Assembly (NCBI GenBank): GCA_001303445.1
Contig: LJTQ01000002.1
Location: 10,596 to 74,595, forward strand
DNA: 64,000 bases
Direction of reading: 5' to 3'
Origin: Betaproteobacteria bacterium SG8_39
Lineage (GTDB): Bacteria > Pseudomonadota > Gammaproteobacteria > Burkholderiales > SG8-39
This document shows positions 1-9,959 of this stretch, piece after piece; within the stretch, counting starts at the first letter, position 1; each line of letters begins with the position of its first letter. A program made the translations under genes and the position numbers. The notes beneath the pieces are model-generated. The model had not been told where the DNA came from. It did no database searches and worked only from the letters and a program-made list of their open reading frames with translations.

Positions 1-220
1 TCGCCTTGTACTCCTCGCCCGGCTCGCGCAGGCGCGCCGCGAGGTCGATCAGGCCGGGGGCGACGACCTGTCCCGCGGCATCGAGCGTGCGTTCCGCGCG
101 CGCGGCACGCGCATCGCCGTCGAGCGCCGCGATCCGGCCGCGCTCGATGAGCACGTCGCCCGCGGCATCACGCCCGCTCGCCGGATCGATGAGGCGTGCG
201 TTGACGATGCGCAGCGTCAT
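1..220 (-). CDS. dihydroorotase-like protein, PyrC'-type (5' fragment; gene continues past window start)
   Basis: Minus-strand ATG at 218-220 overlaps the pyrB stop (ATGA). Hand translation gives [36 protein letters not shown]...[22 protein letters not shown], an amidohydrolase/dihydroorotase N-terminus. The usual HxH metal motif position reads AAR. Not in the ORF track because it is truncated. Confidence 0.8.
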   Translation of the reverse strand, partial: MTLRIVNARLIDPASGRDAAGDVLIERGRIAALDGDARAARAERTLDAAGQVVAPGLIDLAARLREPGEEYKA

Positions 221-1173
221 GCCGAGGCCCCCGCGACCATGCTCATCACCGCCATGCGCACCGCGATGCCGAAAGTGACCTGCGGCAAGATGACCGAATG
301 CGGCCCGTCCGCGACGCTGGAATCGATCTCCACGCCGCGGTTCATCGGCCCGGGATGCATCACGATGGCGTCGGGCGCGGCGAGCGCGAGCTTGTCGGCC
401 GTCAGCCCGTAGTGCTTGAAGAATTCCTGGGCGGACGGCAGCAGCGCACCGCGCATGCGCTCGTTCTGCAGGCGCAGCATCACCACCGCGTCGCAGCCCT
501 TCAAGCCTTCGCGCATGTTGCGATACACATGCACGCCGAGCGCCTCGACGCCGGTCGGGATGAGGGTCTGCGGGCCAATGACCCGCACTTCCGGCGTGCC
601 GAGCGTGGTGAGCCCGTGAATCAGCGAGCGCGCGACGCGCGAATGCAGCACGTCGCCGACGATCGCGACCGTCAGCCGGGTGAAATCCTTTTTGTAATGG
701 CGCAGCGTGTAGAGATCGAGCAATCCCTGCGTGGGATGCGCATGACGCCCGTCCCCCGCATTAACGACGTGCTCGTGGGGCTTGACGTGCTGCGCGATGA
801 GGAAGGGTGCGCCGGAGGATCCGTGGCGCACCACGAAGATGTCGGCCTGCATCGCCGACAGGTTGGCGACCGTGTCGAGCAGCGATTCGCCCTTGCTCTG
901 CGAGCTGGCGGCAATGTTCAGATTGATCACGTCGGCCGACAGGCGCTTGGCGGCGATTTCGAAGGTCGTGCGGGTCCGGGTCGAGGGCTCGAAGAACAGA
1001 TTGAACACGCTCTTGCCGCGCAGCAGAGGAACCTTCTTCACCTCGCGCTCGGTTACGCCGATGAACGAGTCAGCGGTCGCGAGCACGCGCTCGAGCACTT
1101 CGCGCGGCAAGCCCTCGATCGACAGCAGGTGCTGCAGTTCGCCATTCTTGTTGAGTTGCGGGTTACGTCGCAT
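217..1173 (-). CDS. pyrB: aspartate carbamoyltransferase catalytic subunit
   Basis: Motifs [21 protein letters not shown] and HPGPMNRG. Start taken at MRRNPQLN (cat at 1171-1173) rather than the longer ORF-track start. Confidence 0.95.
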   Translation of the reverse strand: MRRNPQLNKNGELQHLLSIEGLPREVLERVLATADSFIGVTEREVKKVPLLRGKSVFNLFFEPSTRTRTTFEIAAKRLSADVINLNIAASSQSKGESLLDTVANLSAMQADIFVVRHGSSGAPFLIAQHVKPHEHVVNAGDGRHAHPTQGLLDLYTLRHYKKDFTRLTVAIVGDVLHSRVARSLIHGLTTLGTPEVRVIGPQTLIPTGVEALGVHVYRNMREGLKGCDAVVMLRLQNERMRGALLPSAQEFFKHYGLTADKLALAAPDAIVMHPGPMNRGVEIDSSVADGPHSVILPQVTFGIAVRMAVMSMVAGASA

Positions 1174-1663
1174 GTTCGAGTTGCAGCGAAAGGCGGCCCT
1201 CTTCGGTGCGGCGCAAGCGCAAGCGCGCACCGGCCGGCACTTCGACGCGCGCACCGCAGTACTGGGCGCAAATTGGCAGCTGGCGGCCACCGCGATCGGC
1301 AAGCACGGCGAGCAGGATGCGCGCCGGGCGGCCGTAGTCGAACAGCTCGTTCATCGCCGCGCGCACGGTACGGCCGGTAAAGAGCACGTCGTCGACCAGC
1401 AGCAGGTCGCGCCCTTCAATCGAGAACGGGATCTTGCTGCGTTTCGGATCGCGGGCGAGGCCCTGCTGGTGGTAATCATCGCGGTAGAAGGCAATGTCCA
1501 GCGTGCCCAGCGGCTCGGCGATGCCGAGCAGGTCGTGCAGCCGCTCGGCCAGCCATACGCCACCGGTATACAGCCCGATCATTGCCGTGTTCGGCGTGAG
1601 CTGCGGCCGGATCGCGTCGGCCAGCTGCAGGCAAAGCTGCTCTGCGTCCGGCAGTGCGGTCAT
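1163..1663 (-). CDS. pyrR: bifunctional pyrimidine operon regulator / uracil phosphoribosyltransferase PyrR
   Basis: The 167-aa internal-start product [10 protein letters not shown]...[16 protein letters not shown] has a PRTase motif and PyrR-like length. It overlaps the pyrB start by 11 nt. Confidence 0.9.
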   Translation of the reverse strand: MTALPDAEQLCLQLADAIRPQLTPNTAMIGLYTGGVWLAERLHDLLGIAEPLGTLDIAFYRDDYHQQGLARDPKRSKIPFSIEGRDLLLVDDVLFTGRTVRAAMNELFDYGRPARILLAVLADRGGRQLPICAQYCGARVEVPAGARLRLRRTEEGRLSLQLEHAT

Positions 1664-2142
1664 GCCCCGGCCTCGGCAAAGTATTGCTCGAGCAGCAGCT
1701 GCGCGGCGTGCGCGTCGAGCGCTTTTGCGCGCGCCACGCCGGCGGCACGCCGCGCCCCGGCGGCCGCGCGCAATCGTCCTTCCGCCTCGACCGAACTGTA
1801 GCTTTCGTCGACGCAGGCGACAGGCAAGTCGAAGCGGCCGGCGAGCTGGCGCGCGAAGCGCTCGGCACGTGGGGCGAGCGGGTGGACCGCGGCGTCGTCG
1901 CGCCGCGGAACGCCGACCACCAGCGCGCCGGGTTTCCACTCGTCCACCAGGCGGCCGATCTCGGCGAAGCGCGCCGCGCCCTCGCTGCGGATCACCACCA
2001 GCGGGTGTGCGTGACGCGTTTCCAGATCCCCGACCGCGACCCCGACGCGGCGCGTACCGTAGTCAAAGGCGAGCACCGTGCCGCGCGGCGGGAAAGCGGG
2101 GAAGACGGGGGTGGCGCGGGGATTGGCAGCTGAACGCGGCAT
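1660..2142 (-). CDS. ruvX: Holliday junction resolvase-like protein RuvX/YqgF
   Basis: VLAFDYGTRRVGVAVGD is the YqgF signature. The start is ambiguous: ATG at 2157 or 2142, or the in-frame GTG at the V of GTVLAF. The stop overlaps the pyrR start. Confidence 0.85.
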   Translation of the reverse strand: MPRSAANPRATPVFPAFPPRGTVLAFDYGTRRVGVAVGDLETRHAHPLVVIRSEGAARFAEIGRLVDEWKPGALVVGVPRRDDAAVHPLAPRAERFARQLAGRFDLPVACVDESYSSVEAEGRLRAAAGARRAAGVARAKALDAHAAQLLLEQYFAEAGA

Positions 2143-2149
2143 CGCGCGC

Positions 2150-2710
2150 TCAGGCATGTCCCGCTTCGTCCGACAGGCGCGCGAAATCCAGCCCGAGCAG
2201 CTCCATCGCCGCGGGCAGGCGCTCCTCGGACGGAAGGTCGAAAATGATCGCGTCGCGCGCCTCGACCGTGAGCCAGGCGTTTTGCGAGATCTCGTGCTCG
2301 AGCTGCCCGGGCGACCAGCCTGCATAACCGAGCGTGACCATCATGCGTTGCGGGCCCTCGCCACGGCCCACCGCTTCGAGAATGTCCTTGGAGGTGGTCA
2401 GGCCGATGGCCTCGCGCACCTTGAGCGTCGACTGCCACTCGCCCGGCGGGGCATGCAGCACAAAGCCGCGATCGGTCTGCACCGGCCCGCCGAAGTACAC
2501 CGGCGCATCCGCCAGCTCGCGCTGCTTCAGGCCGAGCGACAGCCGCTCGAATAGGGCCTGCAGGGTGAGGTCGATCGGCCGGTTGACCACCAGGCCGAGC
2601 GCACCCTGCTCATTGTGCTCACACAAGTAAGTCAAGGTCCTGGCGAAATACGGATCGACCATGTTGGGCATGGCGATCAGAAAATGATTCGTCAGGTTGA
2701 TCGAGGACAT
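2150..2710 (-). CDS. YqgE/AlgH family protein
   Basis: [45 protein letters not shown] is typical of YqgE/AlgH. Start at cat 2708-2710. Confidence 0.85.
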   Translation of the reverse strand: MSSINLTNHFLIAMPNMVDPYFARTLTYLCEHNEQGALGLVVNRPIDLTLQALFERLSLGLKQRELADAPVYFGGPVQTDRGFVLHAPPGEWQSTLKVREAIGLTTSKDILEAVGRGEGPQRMMVTLGYAGWSPGQLEHEISQNAWLTVEARDAIIFDLPSEERLPAAMELLGLDFARLSDEAGHA

Positions 2711-2760
2711 GCGCCCCGCTATTTTACCCCGTCCCCTTACCGAGACAGCCCCCCGCCGAC

Positions 2761-4200
2761 ATGGTTCCTTCCCCTGGCAGCCTCGTGTGGTTCCGTCGCG
2801 ACCTGCGTGCCGACGACCATGCCGCACTGCATGCTGCGCTGCGCGCGGGCGGGCCTGTGCACTGCGTGTTCGTTTTCGACACCGAAATCCTCGATGCCCT
2901 GCAGGCACGGGCCGATCGGCGCGTCGAATTCATCTGGGAAAGCGTCAAGGCGTTGCGGGCTGCGCTCGAGACGCTCGGCGGCGGGTTGCACGTGCTGCAT
3001 GGCCGGGCGCGCGAGGCCGTGCCGCAGCTCGCTGCACGTCTCGGCGTGGCCGCCGTCTACGCCAACCGGGACTACGAACCGCAGGCGCTCTCGCGCGATG
3101 CCGAGGTCGCGGCCCGCCTCGCGGCGCGGGGGCTCGCCTTTCACACCCGCAAGGACCAGGTGATCTTCGAGCGCGGCGAGGTGCAGACCCGGGCGGGCGG
3201 TGATTTCTCCGTCTACACCCCCTACAAACGCGCCTGGCTGGCGAAACTCACGCCCTTCTACCTCAAACCGTATCCGGTGCACGCGCACCGGGCGCAGCTC
3301 GCCGCCGGCCCGACCCGGGCGGTGCCTACCCTCGAGGCACTGGGTTTCCAGCGCAGCAACTTACGGGCGCTCGGTATCGAGCCCGGCGCGCCGGGGGCGG
3401 CGCGGACCTTCGCCGCGTTCAAACGCCGCATCGACCGCTACAAGACGGATCGCGACTTTCCCGCAGTGCAGGGGACGTCCGGTCTCTCGGTGCACCTGCG
3501 CTTTGGAACCGTCTCGGCGCGCGAGCTCGCGAGGTTCGCCTGGCAGCGCAAGCGGATCGGTGCGCAGACCTGGTTGTCGGAGCTGATCTGGCGCGATTTC
3601 TACTTTGCGGTGCTCGCAGCGCGGCCGGACGTCGTCGACGCGGCGTTCCGCCCGGAATACAACGCGATCGTGTACGACGACAACGACCGCTACTGGCGGG
3701 CGTGGTGTGAAGGGCAGACCGGGTATCCGCTGGTCGATGCCGCGATGCGTCAGCTCAACCAGACCGGCTTCATGCACAACCGCCTGCGCATGGTGAGCGC
3801 CTCGTTTCTGGTGAAGGATCTGGGCATCGCCTGGCAACGCGGCGAGCGCTACTTTGCAGCACGCCTTACCGACTACGATCTCGCGGCGAACAACGGCGGC
3901 TGGCAGTGGGCCGCCTCGACCGGCTGCGACGCGCAGCCCTGGTTCCGCATCTTCAATCCCGTCACTCAGTCGACGAAATTCGATGCCGACGGCGCATTCA
4001 TCCGGCGCTTCGTGCCTGAGCTGGCGCAGCTGCCGACAAAATCGATCCACGCGCCATGGCGGCTAACGCCGCTCGAACAGCAGGCCGCAGGCTGCGTCAT
4101 CGGACGCGACTACCCAGCCCCGATCGTCGATCACGACGCCGCGCGCAAGCGCACCCTGGCGCGCTACGGCGTCGTGCGCAAGGACAAGGCGGCGCAATAA
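2761..4200 (+). CDS. phrB: deoxyribodipyrimidine photolyase
   Basis: 479 aa. N-terminal [13 protein letters not shown] and C-terminal FAD-binding block [12 protein letters not shown]...[15 protein letters not shown]...[10 protein letters not shown]. Confidence 0.9.
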   Translation: MVPSPGSLVWFRRDLRADDHAALHAALRAGGPVHCVFVFDTEILDALQARADRRVEFIWESVKALRAALETLGGGLHVLHGRAREAVPQLAARLGVAAVYANRDYEPQALSRDAEVAARLAARGLAFHTRKDQVIFERGEVQTRAGGDFSVYTPYKRAWLAKLTPFYLKPYPVHAHRAQLAAGPTRAVPTLEALGFQRSNLRALGIEPGAPGAARTFAAFKRRIDRYKTDRDFPAVQGTSGLSVHLRFGTVSARELARFAWQRKRIGAQTWLSELIWRDFYFAVLAARPDVVDAAFRPEYNAIVYDDNDRYWRAWCEGQTGYPLVDAAMRQLNQTGFMHNRLRMVSASFLVKDLGIAWQRGERYFAARLTDYDLAANNGGWQWAASTGCDAQPWFRIFNPVTQSTKFDADGAFIRRFVPELAQLPTKSIHAPWRLTPLEQQAAGCVIGRDYPAPIVDHDAARKRTLARYGVVRKDKAAQ

Positions 4201-4245
4201 GCCCGCACTAAGCCGAGTGGGCAGAACGCGCGGCACTGCCGCGCT

Positions 4246-4428
4246 TCAGATCTCCACCATCTCGAAGTCTTCCTTGCGCGCGCCGCATTCGGGGCAGGTC
4301 CAGTTCATGGGCACGTCCTCCCAGCGTGTGCCCGGCGCAATGCCCTCGTCCGGCAGACCCTTCTCCTCGTCGTAGACGAAGCCGCAGATGAGGCACATCC
4401 AGGATTTGAACGCCGTGGTTTCAGACAT
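4246..4428 (-). CDS. rubredoxin
   Basis: 60-aa product with two CxxC pairs (WMCLICGFVYDE...WTCPECGARKEDFE). Start at cat 4426-4428. Confidence 0.9.
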   Translation of the reverse strand: MSETTAFKSWMCLICGFVYDEEKGLPDEGIAPGTRWEDVPMNWTCPECGARKEDFEMVEI

Positions 4429-4528
4429 GAGGACGCCGAGCGCTGGGTTAAAATCGGGTCGCATCTTAGCGCATTCCGTCGCGCGCCCTTTTCCTCGGTG
4501 CGCGTCGCGCACGCGCAAGCCGCGCCGT

Positions 4529-5362
4529 ATGGCATCACTTCCACCTATCGTTCTCAGCTTCGCCGCATCGGACCCCACGGGCGGCGCGGGCCTGCAGGCA
4601 GACCTGCTTACGCTCGCAAGCATGGGCTGTCATCCGCTGTCTGTGGTCACTGCGCTGACGGTGCAGGACACGCGCGGCGTCGAGGCGCTGCTCGCGATCG
4701 ACGCCGACTGGGTCAGCGAGCAGGCGCGCGCGCTGCTCGAGGACATACCGGTCGCCGCGTTCAAGCTGGGCGTGCTCGGCTCGGCCGAGAACGCCGCGGC
4801 AATCGCCGATGTGCTCGAGGATTACCCGGACGTGCCGGTGATCCTCGATCCGGTCATCGCTTCCGGACGCGGCGACGCACTCGCCGATGACGTGCTGGTC
4901 GATACGCTGTGCAGCCTGATCGTGCCGCAGAGCACGATCGTGACACCGAACAGTCTTGAGGCACGCCGCCTTGCGGAAGATGACCTCGAGGACGAAGGGC
5001 TGGACCTGGATTCCTGCGCGCAGCGCCTGCTCGCCATGGGCTGCGATTACGTGCTGATCACGGGCACGCACGAGCTCGGCGCCGAGGTCGTGAACACGCT
5101 GTATGCCGACTCGGGCATTGTGCGCGCGGACCGCTGGCCGCGACTCGCCGGCAGCTATCACGGCTCCGGCTGCACGCTGGCCGCGGCGATTGCCGCGGCG
5201 CTGGCGAATGGCTTGGGCGTGCCCGAGGCGGTACGCGATGCGCAGGAATACACCTGGCAGGCGCTCGCCGGCGGCTTCCGCCCCGGCATGGGACAGCTGC
5301 TGCCGGACCGCTTCTTCTGGGCACGCGAGGTCGGCGGGCAGGAAGACGAGGCCGCGGCGTGA
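4529..5362 (+). CDS. thiD: hydroxymethylpyrimidine/phosphomethylpyrimidine kinase
   Basis: SDPTGGAGLQADL and GSGCTLAAAIAAALA motifs. Start at MASLPPIVLSF (atg at 4529). Confidence 0.9.
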   Translation: MASLPPIVLSFAASDPTGGAGLQADLLTLASMGCHPLSVVTALTVQDTRGVEALLAIDADWVSEQARALLEDIPVAAFKLGVLGSAENAAAIADVLEDYPDVPVILDPVIASGRGDALADDVLVDTLCSLIVPQSTIVTPNSLEARRLAEDDLEDEGLDLDSCAQRLLAMGCDYVLITGTHELGAEVVNTLYADSGIVRADRWPRLAGSYHGSGCTLAAAIAAALANGLGVPEAVRDAQEYTWQALAGGFRPGMGQLLPDRFFWAREVGGQEDEAAA

Positions 5363-5988
5363 CGCGACGCGGGCTGTACGCCATCACACCCGAGGGGCTC
5401 GCGCCCGAGATTCTGGTCGCGCGCGCAGAGCACGCACTGCAGGGCGGCGTCCGGCTGCTGCAATACCGCAGCAAGGACAGTGACCCGCAGCGGCAGCTCG
5501 AGGTGGCGCGCGCACTGCGTGCGCTGTGCCGCAGGTTGGGCGCCGCCTTCATCATCAACGACGACGTCGATCTCGCGCTCGCGGTCGACGCCGATGGCGC
5601 GCACCTCGGGCGCGAGGACGGCGATCTCACTGCCGCGCGGGCCCGCCTGGGCCGACGGCTGCTCGGCGCGTCGTGCTACGACCGCCTCGATCTGGCGCGC
5701 GCCGCGGTCGCCGCGGGCGCCGATTATGTGGCGTTCGGCAGCGTGTACGCCTCCCCGACCAAGCCCGCCGCGGTACGCGCGCCGCTCAGCCTGTTCGGGC
5801 AGGCACGCGCACTCGGCGTTCCGCTCTGCGCGATCGGCGGCATCACCCTGGAAAATGCGCCCACGCTGATCCGCGCGGGCGCAGACCTGCTCGCGGTAGT
5901 TTCGGACCTGTTCGACGCGAACGACGTCGCGGCGCGGGCGCGGGCCTATGCACAGCTGTTTGATCCTGAATCGGTGACCTTGCCATGA
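5359..5988 (+). CDS. thiE: thiamine-phosphate synthase
   Basis: GLYAITPE...LLQYRSK...[21 protein letters not shown]...GGI is ThiE-like. GTG start in a GTGA overlap with the thiD stop. Confidence 0.9.
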   Translation: MTRRGLYAITPEGLAPEILVARAEHALQGGVRLLQYRSKDSDPQRQLEVARALRALCRRLGAAFIINDDVDLALAVDADGAHLGREDGDLTAARARLGRRLLGASCYDRLDLARAAVAAGADYVAFGSVYASPTKPAAVRAPLSLFGQARALGVPLCAIGGITLENAPTLIRAGADLLAVVSDLFDANDVAARARAYAQLFDPESVTLP

Positions 5989-7277
5989 GCTCAAAATCGC
6001 GTAACGAAGAACTCTTTGCCCGCGCGCAGCAATGCATTCCCGCCGGGGTGAATTCACCCGTACGCGCGTTCCGCGCCGTCGGTGGCACGCCGCCGTTTTT
6101 CGAGCGTGCGCTGGGCGCCTATCTGTGGGATGCCGACGGTACGCGCTACATCGACTACGTGGGGTCCTGGGGGCCGATGCTCGCCGGGCACACTGACGCC
6201 CGGGTGGTGAAGGCCGTGCAGGATGCAGCCGCGCGCGCGCTGTCCTTTGGCGCGCCGACCGAGGCCGAGATCGCGCTCGCCGAGGCCATCTGTCGGCTGG
6301 TGCCCTCGATCGAACTGGTGCGGCTGGTGTCCTCGGGCACGGAGGCGACGATGACGGCGCTGCGCCTGGCGCGCGGCGCGACCGGGCGCAGCGTGATCGT
6401 CAAATTCGAGGGCTGCTATCACGGTCACGCCGACAGCCTGCTCGTCAAAGCGGGCTCGGGCGCGCTGACCTTCGGCAATCCGTCATCGGCCGGCGTGCCG
6501 GCCGAAACGGCCGCGCACACGCTGGTACTCGACTACAACGACACGGCGCAGCTGCGCGCGCTGTTTGCCGAGCGCGGCGGTGAGATCGCAGCGGTCATCG
6601 TCGAACCGGTCGCGGGCAACATGAACCTGGTGGCGCCTGCGCCAGGCTTTCTCGAGGCCCTGCGCGAGGCATGCACGGCACACGGCGCGGTGCTGATCTT
6701 CGACGAAGTCATGACCGGCTTTCGTGTCGCGCTCGGTGGCGCGCAGGCGCGCTTCGGCATCCGGCCCGATCTCACGACGCTCGGCAAGGTCATTGGCGGC
6801 GGCATGCCGGTCGGCGCAGTGGGCGGCAGGCGCGAGATCATGCAGCACATTGCGCCGCTCGGTGCCGTGTATCAGGCGGGCACGCTGTCGGGCAATCCGG
6901 TTGCGGTCGCCGCGGGCCTCGCGACCTTGGAAATCGTCGCGCAGCCGGGGTTCCAGGAAGGCGTCGAGGCGACGACGCGCGCGCTGGTCGAGGGCCTGGC
7001 GGCAGAAGCGAAGAATGCGGGCGTCACGTTTTCCGCGCAGTCGATCGGCAGCATGTTCGGTCTTTACTTCCGCGCCACGCCGCCGACGAGTTTCGCCGAG
7101 GTCATGCAGTGCGACAAGGCGCGCTTCAACCGATTCTTTCACGCCATGCTCGAGCGCGGCGTGTACTTCGCGCCCTCGGCATACGAAGCCGGATTCGTCT
7201 CGGCGGCGCACGGCAGCACCGAAGTCGACGCCACGCTCGCCGCGGCACGCGAGGCGTTCCGCGCGCTGGACCGATAG
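5985..7277 (+). CDS. hemL: glutamate-1-semialdehyde 2,1-aminomutase
   Basis: 430 aa. [18 protein letters not shown] and TLGKVIGGG motifs. ATGA overlap with the thiE stop. Confidence 0.95.
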   Translation: MSSKSRNEELFARAQQCIPAGVNSPVRAFRAVGGTPPFFERALGAYLWDADGTRYIDYVGSWGPMLAGHTDARVVKAVQDAAARALSFGAPTEAEIALAEAICRLVPSIELVRLVSSGTEATMTALRLARGATGRSVIVKFEGCYHGHADSLLVKAGSGALTFGNPSSAGVPAETAAHTLVLDYNDTAQLRALFAERGGEIAAVIVEPVAGNMNLVAPAPGFLEALREACTAHGAVLIFDEVMTGFRVALGGAQARFGIRPDLTTLGKVIGGGMPVGAVGGRREIMQHIAPLGAVYQAGTLSGNPVAVAAGLATLEIVAQPGFQEGVEATTRALVEGLAAEAKNAGVTFSAQSIGSMFGLYFRATPPTSFAEVMQCDKARFNRFFHAMLERGVYFAPSAYEAGFVSAAHGSTEVDATLAAAREAFRALDR

Positions 7278-7382
7278 CTCAGATCAGCTGCTGGGTCGAC
7301 GGACCGAGTGCGATGAAGCCGCCGCCGCTGGCGGCAACGATCGGCATCAATGCCGCCTGCGCGAGGCGCGGGGACGCGCGGC

Positions 7383-8120
7383 TCAGGGAATCCGCGCGCT
7401 GCGCATCCTCTGCAGGATGATCTCGACCCGGCGTTCGAGGTAGGGGGTGCTGCCACCTCGCGCATAGCGGCGCGGGCTCGGCAGTATCGCCGCAAGCCAC
7501 GCAGCCTGATGTGCGCTCAGCGCCGCCGCGCTGGTCGCGAAGTGGTATTCGGCAGCCGCCTGCGCACCGAACACGCCCTCGCCCCATTCGGCCACGTTCA
7601 GATACAGCTCGAGAATACGGCGCTTGCTGAGCGTCGCTTCCAGCATCCACGCGATGATTGCCTCCTGTGCCTTGCGCATCCAGGAACGCGCGCCCGACAG
7701 GAACAGGTTCTTGGCGAGCTGCTGCGTAATGGTCGATGCACCCGCGACGACGCGGCCGCGCCGCTGGTTCTTTTCCAGCGCGCGCTCGATCGCATCCCAG
7801 TCCAGGCCGCCGTGTTCCAGGAAGCGGGCGTCTTCTGCGGCGACGACCGCGCGCTTGAGCTGCGCCGAGATGCGCTGATAGGGCACCCAGGCATGGCTGA
7901 GGCGCGCCCGGTCCGGGTGCTGGCCTGCGAGGGCGGCACGCGCACGCAAGGTTTCGAGGCGCGCGTCCATGAACGCGGTGCTCGCCGGGTCGTTGCGTGC
8001 GAGCCATAGCACCTGTCCGAGGAACCAGACCTGCACGACCAGGACAATCGCAATGCCTGCGAGCAGCGCAAACGCCGCCAGTCTCGCGATCACGCGCATG
8101 CCGCCGCACCGCTTAGCCAC
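7383..8120 (-). CDS. mtgA: monofunctional biosynthetic peptidoglycan transglycosylase
   Basis: GT51 motifs AAEDARF, GASTITQQLAKNLFL and RILELYLNVAEWG. Start is either GTG at 8120 or ATG at 8099. Confidence 0.9.
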   Translation of the reverse strand: MAKRCGGMRVIARLAAFALLAGIAIVLVVQVWFLGQVLWLARNDPASTAFMDARLETLRARAALAGQHPDRARLSHAWVPYQRISAQLKRAVVAAEDARFLEHGGLDWDAIERALEKNQRRGRVVAGASTITQQLAKNLFLSGARSWMRKAQEAIIAWMLEATLSKRRILELYLNVAEWGEGVFGAQAAAEYHFATSAAALSAHQAAWLAAILPSPRRYARGGSTPYLERRVEIILQRMRSARIP

Positions 8121-8913
8121 GTCGCAAAGCGTTCAGGACGGCTGCCGTGGGCGGACGCACGCCGCGCCAGATGAAGAACGATTCGGCGGCCTGCTCGACC
8201 AGCATCCCGGCGCCGTCACTCGCACGCACGCCGCGTTCGCGTGCAAACGCAAGAAACGGCGTGTCGCGGCCGTACACCATGTCGTACGCCAGCGCATCGG
8301 GGGCGAACGCGCTCGCCGGGACCGGCGGCAGCGCGCCGACCAGCCCGGCGGCAGTGGCATTGACGACGAGATCGAAAGCCGCGCCATCGAGCAGGTCGTA
8401 GCCGCCACCCGTGATGCGGGGGAAGCGCGCCGCCAGGGCCTGCGCACGCGCGGCCGTACGGTTGACGACGACGAGCGTCGCCACACCGGCGTCGAGCAGC
8501 GGCTGAACCACGCCCTGGGCTGCGCCGCCGGCGCCGAGCAGCAACACCCGGCAACCGTCAAGCTCACAGCCCAGGTTCGTCTGCAGATCACGCACCAGGC
8601 CGACGCCATCCGTGTTGTCGCCGTGCGTCTGGGCACCCTCGAGCACCAGCGTGTTGACCGCCTCGGCCGCGCGCGCGCGGGGACTCAGCGTCGCGCAGTA
8701 GCGAAATGCGGCCTGCTTGAAGGGCAACGTGACGTTCGCGCCACGGCCGCCGGCGGCGCGAAACGCATCGACCGCGGCGTCGAATCCGTCGAGTGCCGGC
8801 TCGAGACGCCCGTACGCGATGTCCTGCCCCGTCGCGCGCGCGAACTCGGCATGGATCCAGGGCGACCTCGAATGCCCGACCGGGTTACCGATGACGACGT
8901 AACGATCCGTCAT
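8113..8913 (-). CDS. aroE: shikimate dehydrogenase
   Basis: VIGNPVGHSRSPWIH, NVTLPFK, NTDGVG and LLGAGGAA motifs. Start at cat 8911-8913. Confidence 0.9.
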   Translation of the reverse strand: MTDRYVVIGNPVGHSRSPWIHAEFARATGQDIAYGRLEPALDGFDAAVDAFRAAGGRGANVTLPFKQAAFRYCATLSPRARAAEAVNTLVLEGAQTHGDNTDGVGLVRDLQTNLGCELDGCRVLLLGAGGAAQGVVQPLLDAGVATLVVVNRTAARAQALAARFPRITGGGYDLLDGAAFDLVVNATAAGLVGALPPVPASAFAPDALAYDMVYGRDTPFLAFARERGVRASDGAGMLVEQAAESFFIWRGVRPPTAAVLNALRRG

Positions 8914-8999
8914 GCGCCTAGTGTACGAACGCCCCGATATTCCCGCTTGGCAAGGGGGTGCGGGGGGGGAAACGTCCCGCGCTTCCCCCCGGCATCCGA

Positions 9000-9920
9000 C
9001 TATTCGGTCCAGATCTTGTCGCCGCGACCAAAAAACCACGTCCGCGTGATCACCAGAAGATCCGTGTCACTCCGGATGTTGGCCGGAAACGGCGCGAACG
9101 GCGCCGCCATGCGGACGATTTTGTAGGCCGCCTGGTCCAGGACCTTGAGGCCGGACGAGCGATCCAGCTCGACCGACTGCACGCTGCCATCGGGGCGGAT
9201 CGTTACGGTGAGGCGCAGGTTGCCGTACACCTTGCCGCGCGCCTCAGGCGGGTAGTTGAGCGTCCCGATGCGCTCGACCTTCATGCGCCAGTCCTCTTCG
9301 TACTGCGCGAAGCGGTATTCCGTGGCACGCGCGCCGATGAACTTCTTGCGCGGACGCTTCTGATAGGCCTCGACACGCCGATCGAGCTGCGCCTGCAGCT
9401 TTAGAGCGGCCAGCGACAAGTCGGCGAGATCGCGTCCAGAGGGACCTGTCGCAGGCTTTTCCTCCGGCTTGGGCTTCGGCTTGCGTGGCGCTTCCTGCAC
9501 CTTGGGTGCCGGCTTGCGCGTAGCCTGCGCCATCAGCTTGCGCTGTCGTTCCTCAAGCGCCTGGACCCTGCGTTGCGCCTTGGCCAAGGTCTTGCCGGCA
9601 TCGTCGGGCTGGGTCACGGGCAGCGGCGTCTTGGCGCGTACCGCCTGATCGGTGTTTCCGCCACGGTCGAGGTTTGCCTGCGCCAGGGCGTCCGCCTTGA
9701 CCGGCGCTTTCTTGGTCTTGGCGTTGACGAGGATGACGTCGAGTGACGTGCTCGGCGACTTCCAGCGAAACGCCTCGGGAAAGGTGAAGTGCACCGACAA
9801 CAGACCCGCGTGCAGCGCGAGGGAAACGAAGACCGACGCATGCAGCGCGCGCGAATGGCGGTGCATGCCTGCCCAGATCCAGGGCAGGCGATTCGGCTCT
9901 GTCGCGAGTACGCCCTGCAA
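9000..9920 (-). CDS. TonB C-terminal domain-containing protein (energy transducer TonB family)
   Basis: N-terminal TM segment (ASVFVSLALHAGLL), a Lys/Pro-rich linker (PRKPKPKPEEKP) and a TonB_C-like end (YPPEARGKVYGNLRLTVTIRPDGSVQSVELDRSSG...LDQAA). Alternative start at 9866. Confidence 0.7.
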   Translation of the reverse strand: MQGVLATEPNRLPWIWAGMHRHSRALHASVFVSLALHAGLLSVHFTFPEAFRWKSPSTSLDVILVNAKTKKAPVKADALAQANLDRGGNTDQAVRAKTPLPVTQPDDAGKTLAKAQRRVQALEERQRKLMAQATRKPAPKVQEAPRKPKPKPEEKPATGPSGRDLADLSLAALKLQAQLDRRVEAYQKRPRKKFIGARATEYRFAQYEEDWRMKVERIGTLNYPPEARGKVYGNLRLTVTIRPDGSVQSVELDRSSGLKVLDQAAYKIVRMAAPFAPFPANIRSDTDLLVITRTWFFGRGDKIWTE

Positions 9921-9959
9921 TATCGTCTCGTAAAAACAACTCGCCGCTATTCTAAGGCC

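Noticed and set aside
1660-2157. About 25-residue N-terminal extension of RuvX as a novel domain
   Set aside because: It is Pro/Ala-rich, and an in-frame GTG at the conserved GTVLAFDYG block could be the real start. This is most likely a start-codon assignment issue.
4429-4528. TPP riboswitch upstream of thiD
   Set aside because: No THI-box-like sequence is visible in the 100-nt region. It is short and shared with the divergent rubredoxin gene.
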